Positions 28,438-38,037 are shown, counted from the first letter of the stretch. The stretch is 64,000 bases of DNA from Candidatus Omnitrophota bacterium (GCA_016935525.1 JAFGQU010000005.1:2190-66189); one strand, 5' to 3'. Numbers and translations are program-made. Notes: a model not told the origin generated them from the letters alone.

Positions 28438-29154
28438 ATGGGTATTTTTGGATTGAGCTTTAAAGAGAAAAAGGTATGGAATAGTATTGCTCCCGCAAAT
28501 AAGATCTCTGTGCGTCTTAAAGAGAGCCCTCACGACGTATATCGTAGCAATGTGATCGAAGTGACGAAAAAAATTTTGATGATCAAAACCCCGATGTTAG
28601 GGATGGTATACCTGGAAATAATGCCCAACACAGTCGCGATGCTGGAAGTCGAGATATTAAACCCTCTCAACGGCCGTATTTTCTTCTCATCAAAGATCAT
28701 TTCTCAGGAATGGATGAAAGAAAGAACTACCAGGATTGCTGTTCCCCGTTCGATAAAATGGGTCCAGCTGCGCAGGTGTTTTCGTCTGGAGATCGTATTG
28801 GATTGCGAATACGCCTTAACCGGTGCCCGGTCGCCGAAAGATAAATTTGATCTGACTTCCCCGGTCCTGTTCGGGCTGGTAAGAAACATCTCTGAGCTCG
28901 GCGTTTTTTTGATTACGGAAAATATAATTAATATAGACGTGGGAACCCAGCTTAATCTGAAAGTAAATCTTGCTCCCGGTCTTCTTTTCCGCGGCCGGGG
29001 TAAAGTATTAAGGATAGAGAAAGTGGGAGATAAGTTCGGACTTGGCATAGAATTCCTTGCCACCCGGGAGAACGACCGGGAAATGTTGCGGAAATTTATT
29101 TTCAGTACGGACCGTAAATGGAATATCAGAACACAAGAACAAGAGGCGAAATAA
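28438..29154 (+). CDS. YcgR/PilZ flagellar brake protein 2
   Basis: QLRRCFR and NISELG. Confidence 0.85.
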   Translation: MGIFGLSFKEKKVWNSIAPANKISVRLKESPHDVYRSNVIEVTKKILMIKTPMLGMVYLEIMPNTVAMLEVEILNPLNGRIFFSSKIISQEWMKERTTRIAVPRSIKWVQLRRCFRLEIVLDCEYALTGARSPKDKFDLTSPVLFGLVRNISELGVFLITENIINIDVGTQLNLKVNLAPGLLFRGRGKVLRIEKVGDKFGLGIEFLATRENDREMLRKFIFSTDRKWNIRTQEQEAK

Positions 29155-29182
29155 ATAACGCAAAGAGAGGCGGTGAATTTTT

Positions 29183-29902
29183 ATGGGAATTTTTTGGTTG
29201 AATAGAACTGAACGAACTATATGGCGTTCAATACAGCCGAACGATATCGTTAAATTCATGTTACAGGATGATCCTCAGGAGATTTACGGTACGAAAGTGG
29301 TCCGGGTAAAAGACAAATCGATCACGGTCGTCACCCCTTTAATCGAAGGAGCTTACCTGGAACTTTTGCCCCAGACTCCCCTCCAGCTGGAATTGTATAC
29401 TTCCGTATTCGGTAAAATCCGCTTTATTTCTCATGTGCTGGGACAGGAATGGATTAAAGACCAGGTGCTCGAGATCTCCCGCCCCCGCCGGCTTACCCGG
29501 ATACAATTAAGACGTTATTATAGGATCGAGGCGGTATTAGAGGTAGATTACGTGGTCTTTTCATCTACCGGAGCGCATCTGCCGGGTGAGGCCCGGCAAT
29601 ATGCTCCTTATCGTGCCGTAACGAAAAACATCTCGGAAACCGGAATGATGTTCGTCGGCGACCACAGTTTGAATAAGGGCGATTATATTGATATGAAGAT
29701 CAAAGTGACGTATCCGCCGGAAAGCCAGTTGGATTCCGAAGAAGTGAAAGCTCGCGGGAGGATTGTCCGGTGTACTCAGATCGAAGTCGGTAGCCGTTAC
29801 GCGGTAGCAATAGAGATAGGTAAGATCGATGCAGAGAATCAGGAAAGGTTGAGAAGATATATCTTCCATAAGGGAAGAGATCTCTACTCGCGTACCAAAT
29901 GA
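29183..29902 (+). CDS. YcgR/PilZ flagellar brake protein 3
   Basis: QLRRYYR and NISETG. Confidence 0.88.
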   Translation: MGIFWLNRTERTIWRSIQPNDIVKFMLQDDPQEIYGTKVVRVKDKSITVVTPLIEGAYLELLPQTPLQLELYTSVFGKIRFISHVLGQEWIKDQVLEISRPRRLTRIQLRRYYRIEAVLEVDYVVFSSTGAHLPGEARQYAPYRAVTKNISETGMMFVGDHSLNKGDYIDMKIKVTYPPESQLDSEEVKARGRIVRCTQIEVGSRYAVAIEIGKIDAENQERLRRYIFHKGRDLYSRTK

Positions 29903-30294
29903 AAAAAGCGTCGGAAATCCGCAGTATATTCGCGGCAGTAGCTTTATTAAGTTTTCTGCTTGTTGAGTTGTTCAGTTTTGTGAGAGGTTACTCGCTTACT
30001 ACGATCCTTGTGCGAGGGGTCGGGGTATATGTGGGTATTATTTTTCTGGGTGCGGTGTTTATCTATGTAGTCAAAAGCACCGATATTTTTAAAGTAATCA
30101 GTCAATTAGAAAAAGATGATTCCGATGTTTCCCAAAAGTCTTCGTTAGATATAAAAATAGACGATTCTTTCGATATCGGCCAAAGCCAAGAGAAAAAAGA
30201 GTATAATCCCATGGAAGACATAAAAGAAGCGGTAGCGAGAAACCCTAAAGAGATCGCCAGCGCTATCAAGAAAATGATGGGGCATAAGAAATAA
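29899..30294 (+). CDS. Two-TM hypothetical protein with a FliF-C-like tail
   Basis: Two TM helices; C-terminus NPKEIASAIKKMM resembles the FliF end DPEKVARVIKELI. Confidence 0.5.
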   Translation: MKKASEIRSIFAAVALLSFLLVELFSFVRGYSLTTILVRGVGVYVGIIFLGAVFIYVVKSTDIFKVISQLEKDDSDVSQKSSLDIKIDDSFDIGQSQEKKEYNPMEDIKEAVARNPKEIASAIKKMMGHKK

Positions 30295-30300
30295 GGAGGA

Positions 30301-31020
30301 GTGACGTTCAACACTATGCAGAAACAGGAAACGCCGATCGCCCGCGAGAAAATACTGGAATACCTGCCTTTGATTAAAAAGGTGGTTTCCCGGATATTTC
30401 CCAGTATCCCTTCCCAGCTTGTCGATTTTGAAGATCTGGTGGGATATGGGATCGTGGGGTTGATTGAAGCGATGAATACGTATGATTCTAAAAAAGGCGT
30501 CAAACTCTCTACGTATGCGTTTTATCGTATTCGCGGCGCGATACTCGATGCATTACGTTCTTTTGATTGGATTCCCCGGCAGATGAGAAAAAAATTCCAT
30601 ATAATATCACAAGGTTTGAACGAACTTACGGCTTTATTAGGCCGGGAACCGACGAGCGAAGAGGTTGCCGCCCATGTAAAGATGGACCCTCAGGAAGTAG
30701 ATTCTTTATTAATGGATATTTCCCAAAGTGAAGTCCTCTCTTTAGAAGACCAGCTGCACAATTACCTTAAACAGAAGACCGATAATTTCTTGAATATGAA
30801 CGAATTCGAGTTTGAAGATCTGAAAAAAGCGATGAGCCAGGCGATTGATGAACTCCCCGAACGGGAACGCCTGGTCCTGGTCCTGTATTATTATGAAGAG
30901 CTCAATTTAAAAGAGATCGGCAAAGTCCTGGAGATATCCGAATCACGGATTTCCCAGATCTTGAAAAAAGCGACGGTTCATCTGCGGGAAAAACTGGATT
31001 TTATAGAAAAAGAGCTGTGA
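30301..31020 (+). CDS. fliA: RNA polymerase sigma-28 factor FliA/SigD
   Basis: DLVGYGIVGLIEA, RIRGAILDALR, LYYYEELNLKEIG.VL.ISESRISQ. Confidence 0.96.
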   Translation: MTFNTMQKQETPIAREKILEYLPLIKKVVSRIFPSIPSQLVDFEDLVGYGIVGLIEAMNTYDSKKGVKLSTYAFYRIRGAILDALRSFDWIPRQMRKKFHIISQGLNELTALLGREPTSEEVAAHVKMDPQEVDSLLMDISQSEVLSLEDQLHNYLKQKTDNFLNMNEFEFEDLKKAMSQAIDELPERERLVLVLYYYEELNLKEIGKVLEISESRISQILKKATVHLREKLDFIEKEL

Positions 31021-31071
31021 ACAAGGATAGTTAAAGGAGAACGGAGAGAGCAGAATAGTTAAGGAGCATAT

Positions 31072-31359
31072 ATGCCGTTACGGCCTATGGATTTACAGGT
31101 CATCTTGCAAGTCTCAAGGAATGTTGAGAAGATGCAAATGCTCCAGCAACAATATAGTCAGCGGCAGCAGGAACAGCTTTCATTGTATATGCAGAGAAAT
31201 TTCCGGGCCCGGCAGCATCAGACTGAAGCTGCCCAACAAAGCACCGAAGGCTGGATGAACCAGATTTCCGAAGACGGCAAGAGGAGAGAACAACAGAAAC
31301 GTAAAAAGAAAGATAAGGAGAAAAAGAAGATCGGTGGAAACATCGATTTCTTTGTGTGA
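31072..31359 (+). CDS. Hypothetical flagellar-cluster protein
   Basis: MPLRPMDLQV...GGNIDFFV; RBS AGGAG. Confidence 0.6.
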   Translation: MPLRPMDLQVILQVSRNVEKMQMLQQQYSQRQQEQLSLYMQRNFRARQHQTEAAQQSTEGWMNQISEDGKRREQQKRKKKDKEKKKIGGNIDFFV

Positions 31360-31362
31360 GCT

Positions 31363-32052
31363 ATGAGATCAAAAGAAATATTAAACAAAGAAGTAGTCAG
31401 TATCAAAGAAGGCAATTCTCTAGGTAAGATCCGTATGCCGATCATCGACGGTACTCATCAGAGGATCATCGGGTTTATCGTCGACGACCGGGAATGGTAT
31501 CTGGAGACGAAAATCGTGCTCTTCCCGTCGGTGCGCGGAATGCAGCAGGAAGTGGTGACCGTTGACGACGATTCTTCGATAGTGCCGGTAAGAAATATGT
31601 ATAAAATACATCCGTACCTTAAAGATAATATTCAATTGATCGCAATCAAGATCTTTTCCGAAGCCGGACGGCTTCTGGGCGAGGTGGAAGATTTTGTATT
31701 TAATCATCAGACCGGGAAAATCGAATCGTACCTGGTCCTGGGCAGTTTTATGTCGATCAGCTGGAAAGACGTCTATTCGGTGGGGAAGGGGATGCTTATT
31801 GTCAAGGATGACTTAAGCCCCGAGACGGCCGATTCGGCCAATATCGATTTGAACACGGTAGACCTGAACTCGCTTTTTGAACAGCGCCAAGTTTCGTTTC
31901 TTTTAGGAAAAATGCTCAGCCGGGATATGCGTGATGATAATGGGGATCTGATCCTCCCGGCCGGGAGCATTATCAATGAAGCGTCTATCGATAAAATAAA
32001 GATGCTCGGTAAATTTACCGAATTATTGATGAGCGTGGAGGCGGAAGAATAA
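31363..32052 (+). CDS. PRC-barrel domain protein
   Basis: Two PRC-barrel repeats (EVVSIKEG..LG; IFSEAGRLLGEVEDFVFN..TGKI). Confidence 0.8.
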   Translation: MRSKEILNKEVVSIKEGNSLGKIRMPIIDGTHQRIIGFIVDDREWYLETKIVLFPSVRGMQQEVVTVDDDSSIVPVRNMYKIHPYLKDNIQLIAIKIFSEAGRLLGEVEDFVFNHQTGKIESYLVLGSFMSISWKDVYSVGKGMLIVKDDLSPETADSANIDLNTVDLNSLFEQRQVSFLLGKMLSRDMRDDNGDLILPAGSIINEASIDKIKMLGKFTELLMSVEAEE

Positions 32053-32552
32053 TGACTATTCTTTTTATGGTATTGATTTTGGTAGGGATATTCTTATTGA
32101 TAGCCAGCGTGATTATCCATGCCTTGAAGATGAAGACTCAAAAAGAAGAAATCATTCCGGTAGGGGATTTCCATTTAAATATGGACCGGGAAGAACTTGA
32201 TCAGGAAGTACAGATGTTCCGTTCACTGGTGGATGAGAGTGTCGAAAAAGTCAGAAAAGAATACGAAAAAATAGTCCAGACTCAAGAAAAATTGGAAAAA
32301 ATGCTTATGGAAGCGACCGAAAGCATCAAAAAAATGGAGAAATTGAGAGAAGAGATATCCCTCCAGCTGCTCCAGAAACAAGAACCTCAGGATAATCCTG
32401 AGTCGGCACCGCAGTCCGAGGTTGCCGCTTTTCTCCATCGGGATATCAGTTTAGAAGATGTCGCCCAGCAGCTCAATATGGGTATCGGCGAGTTGAAGTT
32501 GAGGCTGTCTCTTTTGAAAAAAGAAAATTTATATTATGCGAATCGTAAATAA
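32052..32552 (+). CDS. Membrane-anchored coiled-coil protein with C-terminal HTH (DUF6115/SwrB-like)
   Basis: TM helix, coiled coil, SLEDVAQQLNMGIGELKLRL. Confidence 0.6.
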   Translation: MTILFMVLILVGIFLLIASVIIHALKMKTQKEEIIPVGDFHLNMDREELDQEVQMFRSLVDESVEKVRKEYEKIVQTQEKLEKMLMEATESIKKMEKLREEISLQLLQKQEPQDNPESAPQSEVAAFLHRDISLEDVAQQLNMGIGELKLRLSLLKKENLYYANRK

Positions 32553-33366
32553 ATTTAACGCTGTCCAGGCTAAGAACGTGAAAATCCCGGGACATTCCCG
32601 CCCCGGACGTGTTTCCTCCGGTAGGAGGATTATCAGTCCGGATTCAGTTTCGGCACATACCCTGGCGGGTGAAAAATTGTTCCGGGGATCGCTCTTTTTA
32701 AAATTAGAACTTCTTCTTGCACTCTTTAAAGGGGCCCCGTCCAGTCCGGTATCTGAGAAAAATAGTGAGCTCATCAAAACGATACGTGAATTTATGAGAT
32801 TCATTCAGGATGCGAAACAATATTCTCCCGGTTCGCTCAAAAACGCCGTCAGTCTTTTTTCTGAATTGGCAAAATTGCGGGCAGTGTCAGTGCGGTCACC
32901 TAGCCAAGAAGCCGCGGATGGTGCTTTATCTAAAGAGACAAAAGCGGCCAAAGAATTCTTTGAGCATTTCCAGATGTATGAAGCATTGAACCGGGATTAT
33001 GAAGGAAAGACGTTTTTAGCCTTTCCGCTTGTTAATATTTTTAAAAGAGAAAATGATATCAAGGTCTTTTTATATCTGGAACAGCCGGGAACCCGTGACG
33101 ATGAATCGTCACGGACCTTTTCATTCCGTTTAGATGTTCCTACCCGGCATATGGGACAGATAAGCGTGTGGGGAAGATTACAGGCCAAGACCGTCGATAT
33201 CGAGATAGAAGTGGAAAACGAACGGTATCTTGCCCCGTTTGAACGTCACAGCCGGCAACTTAAAAACGATTTAAACGAACAGGAATATATACTGGAAAAA
33301 ATACTGGTGAGATTAGCCAGATCAAATACGGCTGTTATCAAAAAAGGAGTAGAGTTTATCGCATGA
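32536..33366 (+). CDS. Second FliK-like (Flg_hook C-terminal) protein
   Basis: FRLDVPTRHMGQISV...VDIEI; precedes a FlhB-C-like gene. Confidence 0.5.
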   Translation: MRIVNKFNAVQAKNVKIPGHSRPGRVSSGRRIISPDSVSAHTLAGEKLFRGSLFLKLELLLALFKGAPSSPVSEKNSELIKTIREFMRFIQDAKQYSPGSLKNAVSLFSELAKLRAVSVRSPSQEAADGALSKETKAAKEFFEHFQMYEALNRDYEGKTFLAFPLVNIFKRENDIKVFLYLEQPGTRDDESSRTFSFRLDVPTRHMGQISVWGRLQAKTVDIEIEVENERYLAPFERHSRQLKNDLNEQEYILEKILVRLARSNTAVIKKGVEFIA

Positions 33367-33623
33367 AGAAGAAAGCGGTCGCGCTTAAATACCGTCAAAA
33401 AAAAGATAAAGCTCCGCGTCTTACCGCAAAAGGTCAGAATTCGGTCGCCGAAAGAATAATCACCCTGGCAAAGGAAACTCGTGTCCCGGTCTATGAAGAC
33501 CCAGGGCTTACCAACGCGCTCTATCCTTTGCAGTTGGGGGAATATATTCCGGAGGAGTTTTATGAAGTGGCGGCCACAATATTAGCATGGGTTTATTCAC
33601 TCGATAAAAAGGAGGCCAGATAA
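33363..33623 (+). CDS. FlhB C-terminal-like protein (YlqH/FlhX; EscU/YscU/HrcU family)
   Basis: KKAVALKY...APRLTAKG...AERII..AKE..VP...IPEEFYEVAA.IL. Confidence 0.9.
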   Translation: MKKKAVALKYRQKKDKAPRLTAKGQNSVAERIITLAKETRVPVYEDPGLTNALYPLQLGEYIPEEFYEVAATILAWVYSLDKKEAR

Positions 33624-33624
33624 T

Positions 33625-34587
33625 ATGAGGAATGATAAAGATATCTTATCGCCTAAAGAAATAGAGGACCTGGTAAAGGGTTCCGACGATATGAATATGG
33701 GCGAAAAAACGGTGTATCCGTACGATTTTCGTTCTCCCAGTCTTCTTTCTAAAGGGAAATTGAGGATCTTCCAGCTGTTGATGGAAGAATTTGTCAGCCA
33801 GATACAAAGTTTTGTAGCGGCTCAACTCAAGATCCCTCTGGAGGTACAGATCGGCGATATCCGTCAAAGCGCGTATAGCCAGTTCCAGGAACGGAATGAA
33901 GAGACGTTTATGGTGGTATTCAATATGCCTCCGCTTGAGGGGACGTCGATCCTTGAGATTAAACTCCCTTTTATTATTTTCATCAATCAGGTCCTTCTGG
34001 GAAAAGCGCTTGAAAAATTTCCTGAACCGCGCGCGATTACTCCGGTCGAAGAAGAGACCGCGACATTTCTGGCCGAACGGTTCCTGTATACGCTGCAGGA
34101 ATCATTCAGCAAACTGATTAAATTCAATTTCAATATCATATCGAAAGAACGTAACCCGCAGCTCTTGTTTCTTGCTTCTCCGGACGAACCGACCGTAATC
34201 GTTTCGGTGCAGTTCAAGCTTGGTGAAGAAGTGAGCCAGATCGATTTTTGTTTCCCTTATATCGTGTTCAATTCGCTTCTGCCGTATCTCGATGTGAAGA
34301 AATGGTTTTCGATTACTCAACGTAAAAAAGACGAACGGATCGATAAACTCATCAAAGACAATATTGAAAACATTAAAGTAGATCTGGTATGCGAACTTGG
34401 CTCGTTGGATCTCGCGTTGCGGGAGATACTGCATCTGGAAAAAGGCGATTATCTTTGCCTGAACGTCGATAACGACGCTCTGCTTAATTTAAAGATCGGT
34501 AATTTCAAGAAATTTAAAGTGTTTCCGGGGATTTCTCATAAAAAAGTCGCGTTACGTATCGAAAAAATAATAGATGAAGGGAGGTAA
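33625..34587 (+). CDS. fliM: Motor switch protein FliM
   Basis: ILSPKEIEDL (CheY-binding-like), YDFRSP, ERNPQL, C-terminal SpoA domain. Confidence 0.92.
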   Translation: MRNDKDILSPKEIEDLVKGSDDMNMGEKTVYPYDFRSPSLLSKGKLRIFQLLMEEFVSQIQSFVAAQLKIPLEVQIGDIRQSAYSQFQERNEETFMVVFNMPPLEGTSILEIKLPFIIFINQVLLGKALEKFPEPRAITPVEEETATFLAERFLYTLQESFSKLIKFNFNIISKERNPQLLFLASPDEPTVIVSVQFKLGEEVSQIDFCFPYIVFNSLLPYLDVKKWFSITQRKKDERIDKLIKDNIENIKVDLVCELGSLDLALREILHLEKGDYLCLNVDNDALLNLKIGNFKKFKVFPGISHKKVALRIEKIIDEGR

Positions 34588-34589
34588 AC

Positions 34590-34751
34590 TGAGACTCAGT
34601 TTTTTTCAAGATGTTATCGTAGAAAAAAGCTGTAGTCGAATTTTACCCTTGACATTCGTTTCACGTGAACCGAATGTCAAGGATCCAATTCGCAGACGTC
34701 CTTACGGACTACAACTTACGTTCACGTTGTTCCGTAAATTGTCTGCTCATT
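34590..34751 (+). mobile_element. Four-way-junction palindromic element, empty copy B
   Basis: TGAG...CTCA closing stem; central CGAATTTTACCCTTGACATTCG / CGAATGTCAAGGATCCAATTCG. Confidence 0.65.
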
Positions 34752-34771
34752 GAAGAAGGGAGGTGACATAG

Positions 34772-35521
34772 ATGATAAGAGGTATCTATACCGCAGCTTC
34801 CGGGATGAGTACGCACCTTAAGAATCAGGAAATAATCAGCAATAACCTGGCAAACGCAGATACTGCCGGGTTTAAAAGAGACCAGCTGGTGATCACTTCG
34901 TTTCGCGAGTTTCTTATCAACCGGATCAACGACCCTAAAGATCAGGGGCATGCGCCGCTCATCGGCAGTTACTCTTTAGGTACCGAGCCGTTGGGGACGT
35001 ATACCGACCATAGTGAAGGAGGGATAATCTCTACCGAACGGAAATTTGATGTGGCGATTCAGGGGGATGGGTTTTTTGTGATCGACACCCCCCAAGGCGA
35101 ACAGTATACCCGGGCCGGGTCATTTTATCTGTCTAACGAACAGACGCTGGTGACTTCCGAAGGGTATCCGGTACTGGGAGAAAATGGCCTGGTCACGATT
35201 ACCGATGAAAACTTTATTATCGGGCCTGAAGGTGAGGTGGTCGTCGACGGTACTATCGTGAACCGACTGCTCATCGTCGATCTGCCGCCGCAGGCTATGA
35301 TCAAATCCGGCGATTCTCTCTGGCGGGTCGAAGGCGAAGGCGGAGCCGCTCCGGCGACCGGATATAAAATCGTTCAGGGGCATCTTGAATCGTCCAACGT
35401 GAACGTCGTGAAAGAGATGGTGGATATGATCGCCGGAATGCGTACCTATGAGGCTAACCAGAAAACACTGGTCATGCAGGACGAGACATTAGGAAGATTG
35501 ATCAGTGAATTGGCGAGATAA
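34772..35521 (+). CDS. flgF: Basal-body rod protein FlgF
   Basis: SNNLANADTAGFKRD, YTRAGSF, LESSNVNVV; precedes flgG. Confidence 0.9.
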   Translation: MIRGIYTAASGMSTHLKNQEIISNNLANADTAGFKRDQLVITSFREFLINRINDPKDQGHAPLIGSYSLGTEPLGTYTDHSEGGIISTERKFDVAIQGDGFFVIDTPQGEQYTRAGSFYLSNEQTLVTSEGYPVLGENGLVTITDENFIIGPEGEVVVDGTIVNRLLIVDLPPQAMIKSGDSLWRVEGEGGAAPATGYKIVQGHLESSNVNVVKEMVDMIAGMRTYEANQKTLVMQDETLGRLISELAR

Positions 35522-35531
35522 TATGAACTAC

Positions 35532-35621
35532 GCACAGAGTGCCACAGATAAAGATTACAGATATCCGCAGAAGAAAGATCTGCGATCATCTGTGTCTCAA
35601 AGATCTGTGATCATCTGCGCA
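35532..35621. repeat. CAGA(T)/(A)TCTG repeat-built long hairpin
   Basis: Repeated CACAGA/CGCAGA units answered by ATCTGTG/ATCTGCG units. Confidence 0.65.
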
Positions 35622-35641
35622 CTAAAGGAGGTGAATGAGCT

Positions 35642-36433
35642 ATGATGCGATCATTGTGGACGGCAGCGACAGGAATGCAGGGACAGCAGACCAACATCGA
35701 TGTGATTTCAAATAACCTTGCGAACGTGAACACTACGGCATTTAAAAAATCCCGGGTAGATTTCAAAGACCTTTTCTATCAGGTTCTGCAAATGCCGGGG
35801 ACGCCGGTAGCTAATGGTGAGACAGAGCTCCCGGTAGGTTCTCAGATCGGTTCGGGCGTAAGGCCGGGCGCGATCTTTAAGATCTTCACTACCCAGAGTT
35901 ATCAGGAAACTCAGAATCCGTTGGACCTGGCCATTGAAGGAGACGGATTTTTCCAAGTACAGCTCCCTGACGGGACCGAAGGGTATACCCGTGACGGAGC
36001 GTTTAAGATCGATTCCGAAGGGACGTTGGTGACTTCCGACGGGTATATCCTGCAACCGGAAATTACTATTCCCGATGATGCGATCTCGGTTACGGTGAAT
36101 AAGTACGGGACAGTATCGGTCGCCCGGGCCGGGGTAGTCGGAGTCGAAGATCTAGGTACACTTGAAATGGCAAGATTCATAAACCCGTCGGGATTACAGG
36201 CTATCGGAGATAATTTTTATCGCGAAACCGACGCGTCCGGGATACCTATTGTGGGCGATCCGGGAGAAGAAGGGATCGGAACTATCATTCAAGGGTTTCT
36301 GGAAAGTTCTAACGTGAACGTAGTAGAAGAAATGGTAAAAATGATTATTGCCCAACGGGCGTATGAGGTAAATTCCCGGTCGGTACAAACATCGGACGAG
36401 ATGCTTTCTATCGCTAACGCCTTGCGCCGGTAA
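35642..36433 (+). CDS. flgG: Distal rod protein FlgG
   Basis: MMRSLWTAATGM..QQ, F.DLFYQ, AQRAYEVNS. Confidence 0.97.
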   Translation: MMRSLWTAATGMQGQQTNIDVISNNLANVNTTAFKKSRVDFKDLFYQVLQMPGTPVANGETELPVGSQIGSGVRPGAIFKIFTTQSYQETQNPLDLAIEGDGFFQVQLPDGTEGYTRDGAFKIDSEGTLVTSDGYILQPEITIPDDAISVTVNKYGTVSVARAGVVGVEDLGTLEMARFINPSGLQAIGDNFYRETDASGIPIVGDPGEEGIGTIIQGFLESSNVNVVEEMVKMIIAQRAYEVNSRSVQTSDEMLSIANALRR

Positions 36434-36468
36434 TAGTCGAGATCGACAGCAATCGAAGGTAAGCGTAC

Positions 36469-37209
36469 ATGGGGTATAAACGGTTTTACAGGACATTCGG
36501 GGTAAAGATCAAGCTTTTCCTGTTGGGAGCGATGTTGTTGCTTCCTTACGGGACTCTCTGGGCGGCGACGGTGACTGCTCAGGATGTCTATGATGCGGCG
36601 TTTAGTTACATCGTCAATGAGACCGGATATCCGGCCGATCAGATCATTCTGGAGTTCCGGTCGCCTTTTCCGGCCATAGAGGTTCCTGATGATAAAAAAT
36701 TGGAATTATCTATTTCCGGGGAGATCGGACTTGATACCATAGGGCGTCTGCCGCTTCAAGCTGAGATCTTTGTCGACGAAGGGCTTTACAAGACTTTTTA
36801 TCCCATCTTTGAGTTTGACCGGTATACCCCGGCAGTAGTTGCGATGCGTTGGATAAAACGGGGTGAAGAATTTACTCCTTCAAACGTATCGCTTTTGACC
36901 GTACGGGCTTCTTCGCTCCCTACGCAGGCGCTGGATGATCTAAGGATCCTTCAAGGGAGGATCGCTAAAGTATCTTTGCCTAAAGGGCGAGTGATCAGTT
37001 ATAACCAGATCGAGATCCCGCCGTTGGTCGAAAAGAAGCAGATAGTGAACATTATCGCCCAAAACGCCACGTTTAAAGCGCAAACCCGCGGGGTCGCGCT
37101 TATGGACGGGAAAGACGGGGAAATGATCAAGGTCAAAAATATTGATTCCGGGAGGATCGTGTACGGTAGAGTCTATGACGAAAATACGGTAATCGTGGAG
37201 ACACCTTAA
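36469..37209 (+). CDS. flgA: P-ring chaperone FlgA
   Basis: SAF domain, PPLVEK, G.ALMDG..G..IKVKN.DSGRIV. Confidence 0.88.
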   Translation: MGYKRFYRTFGVKIKLFLLGAMLLLPYGTLWAATVTAQDVYDAAFSYIVNETGYPADQIILEFRSPFPAIEVPDDKKLELSISGEIGLDTIGRLPLQAEIFVDEGLYKTFYPIFEFDRYTPAVVAMRWIKRGEEFTPSNVSLLTVRASSLPTQALDDLRILQGRIAKVSLPKGRVISYNQIEIPPLVEKKQIVNIIAQNATFKAQTRGVALMDGKDGEMIKVKNIDSGRIVYGRVYDENTVIVETP

Positions 37210-37216
37210 TTATGAG

Positions 37217-37385
37217 ATCCCAAGAAGGGAAAATAACCAATGACCAATTTCCCCCGTGGAATTCGGAGAATTCCCGGGGCTAAGTCCCTGAAATCACCGC
37301 CCTAGGGGAAGGTGATTTCTAGGGGAAATAAACTTCGAACTATTTGGTCATTGGCGCTTGGGGTTTGGAGATTTGAGGATTGGGG
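37217..37385. repeat. Nested palindromic intergenic element
   Basis: CCAATGACCAAAT ... ATTTGGTCATTGG outer arms enclosing CCCCG.GGAATTC and GAAATCACC/GGTGATTTC hairpins. Confidence 0.65.
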
Positions 37386-37388
37386 GAT

Positions 37389-38021
37389 ATGATGAAAAAG
37401 AGCATGATGATTTTCATAGGATTACTGATGGTACTCAACTTTGCGTATGCGGATTCACTATGGAAACAAGCGCAATTCGCCGATGCCAACACTTCTCTTT
37501 ACCGTGATGATCGGGCCTCACAAATAGGAGATATCATTACGGTATTGATCGTAGAGCAGGCGGCGATGACTCAGCAGGCGACGTCGAATACGACCAGAGA
37601 TTCGAATATCAAAGGAGAGGTGAAAAATTGGGTGAATCTGCAGTTTAAAGGCATCAAAGTCGATACTGAAGAAGCCGGTGTGCTTCCTAAATGGGAAATC
37701 GACACCCAGAACGAATTTGAAGGGACCGGGTCATATAAAGGCGATTATGCCGTTACCGGGACCATTACGACTCGGGTCATCGATATTCTTACCAACGGTG
37801 ATTTAGTGATCGAAGGGAAGAGCATGGTGAAAAATAATGAAGAAGAAAATATCATTGCGCTTTCCGGGATAGTCCGTACGCAGGATATCGGTCCGAACAA
37901 TACCGTGCTTTCAACGCAGGTAGCTGATAAAACAATCCATGTAGTAGGACGAGGTCCAATCAATGACAAGACCAAACGCGGGGTCTTAGGCAGATTGTTA
38001 GATTGGTTCTGGCCCTTCTAG
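37389..38021 (+). CDS. flgH: L-ring protein FlgH
   Basis: RA..IGDIITVLIVE, NGDLVIEG, SGIVR..DI..NNTV.STQVAD. Confidence 0.92.
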   Translation: MMKKSMMIFIGLLMVLNFAYADSLWKQAQFADANTSLYRDDRASQIGDIITVLIVEQAAMTQQATSNTTRDSNIKGEVKNWVNLQFKGIKVDTEEAGVLPKWEIDTQNEFEGTGSYKGDYAVTGTITTRVIDILTNGDLVIEGKSMVKNNEEENIIALSGIVRTQDIGPNNTVLSTQVADKTIHVVGRGPINDKTKRGVLGRLLDWFWPF

Positions 38022-38037
38022 GAGAGGGGGGAGAAAT

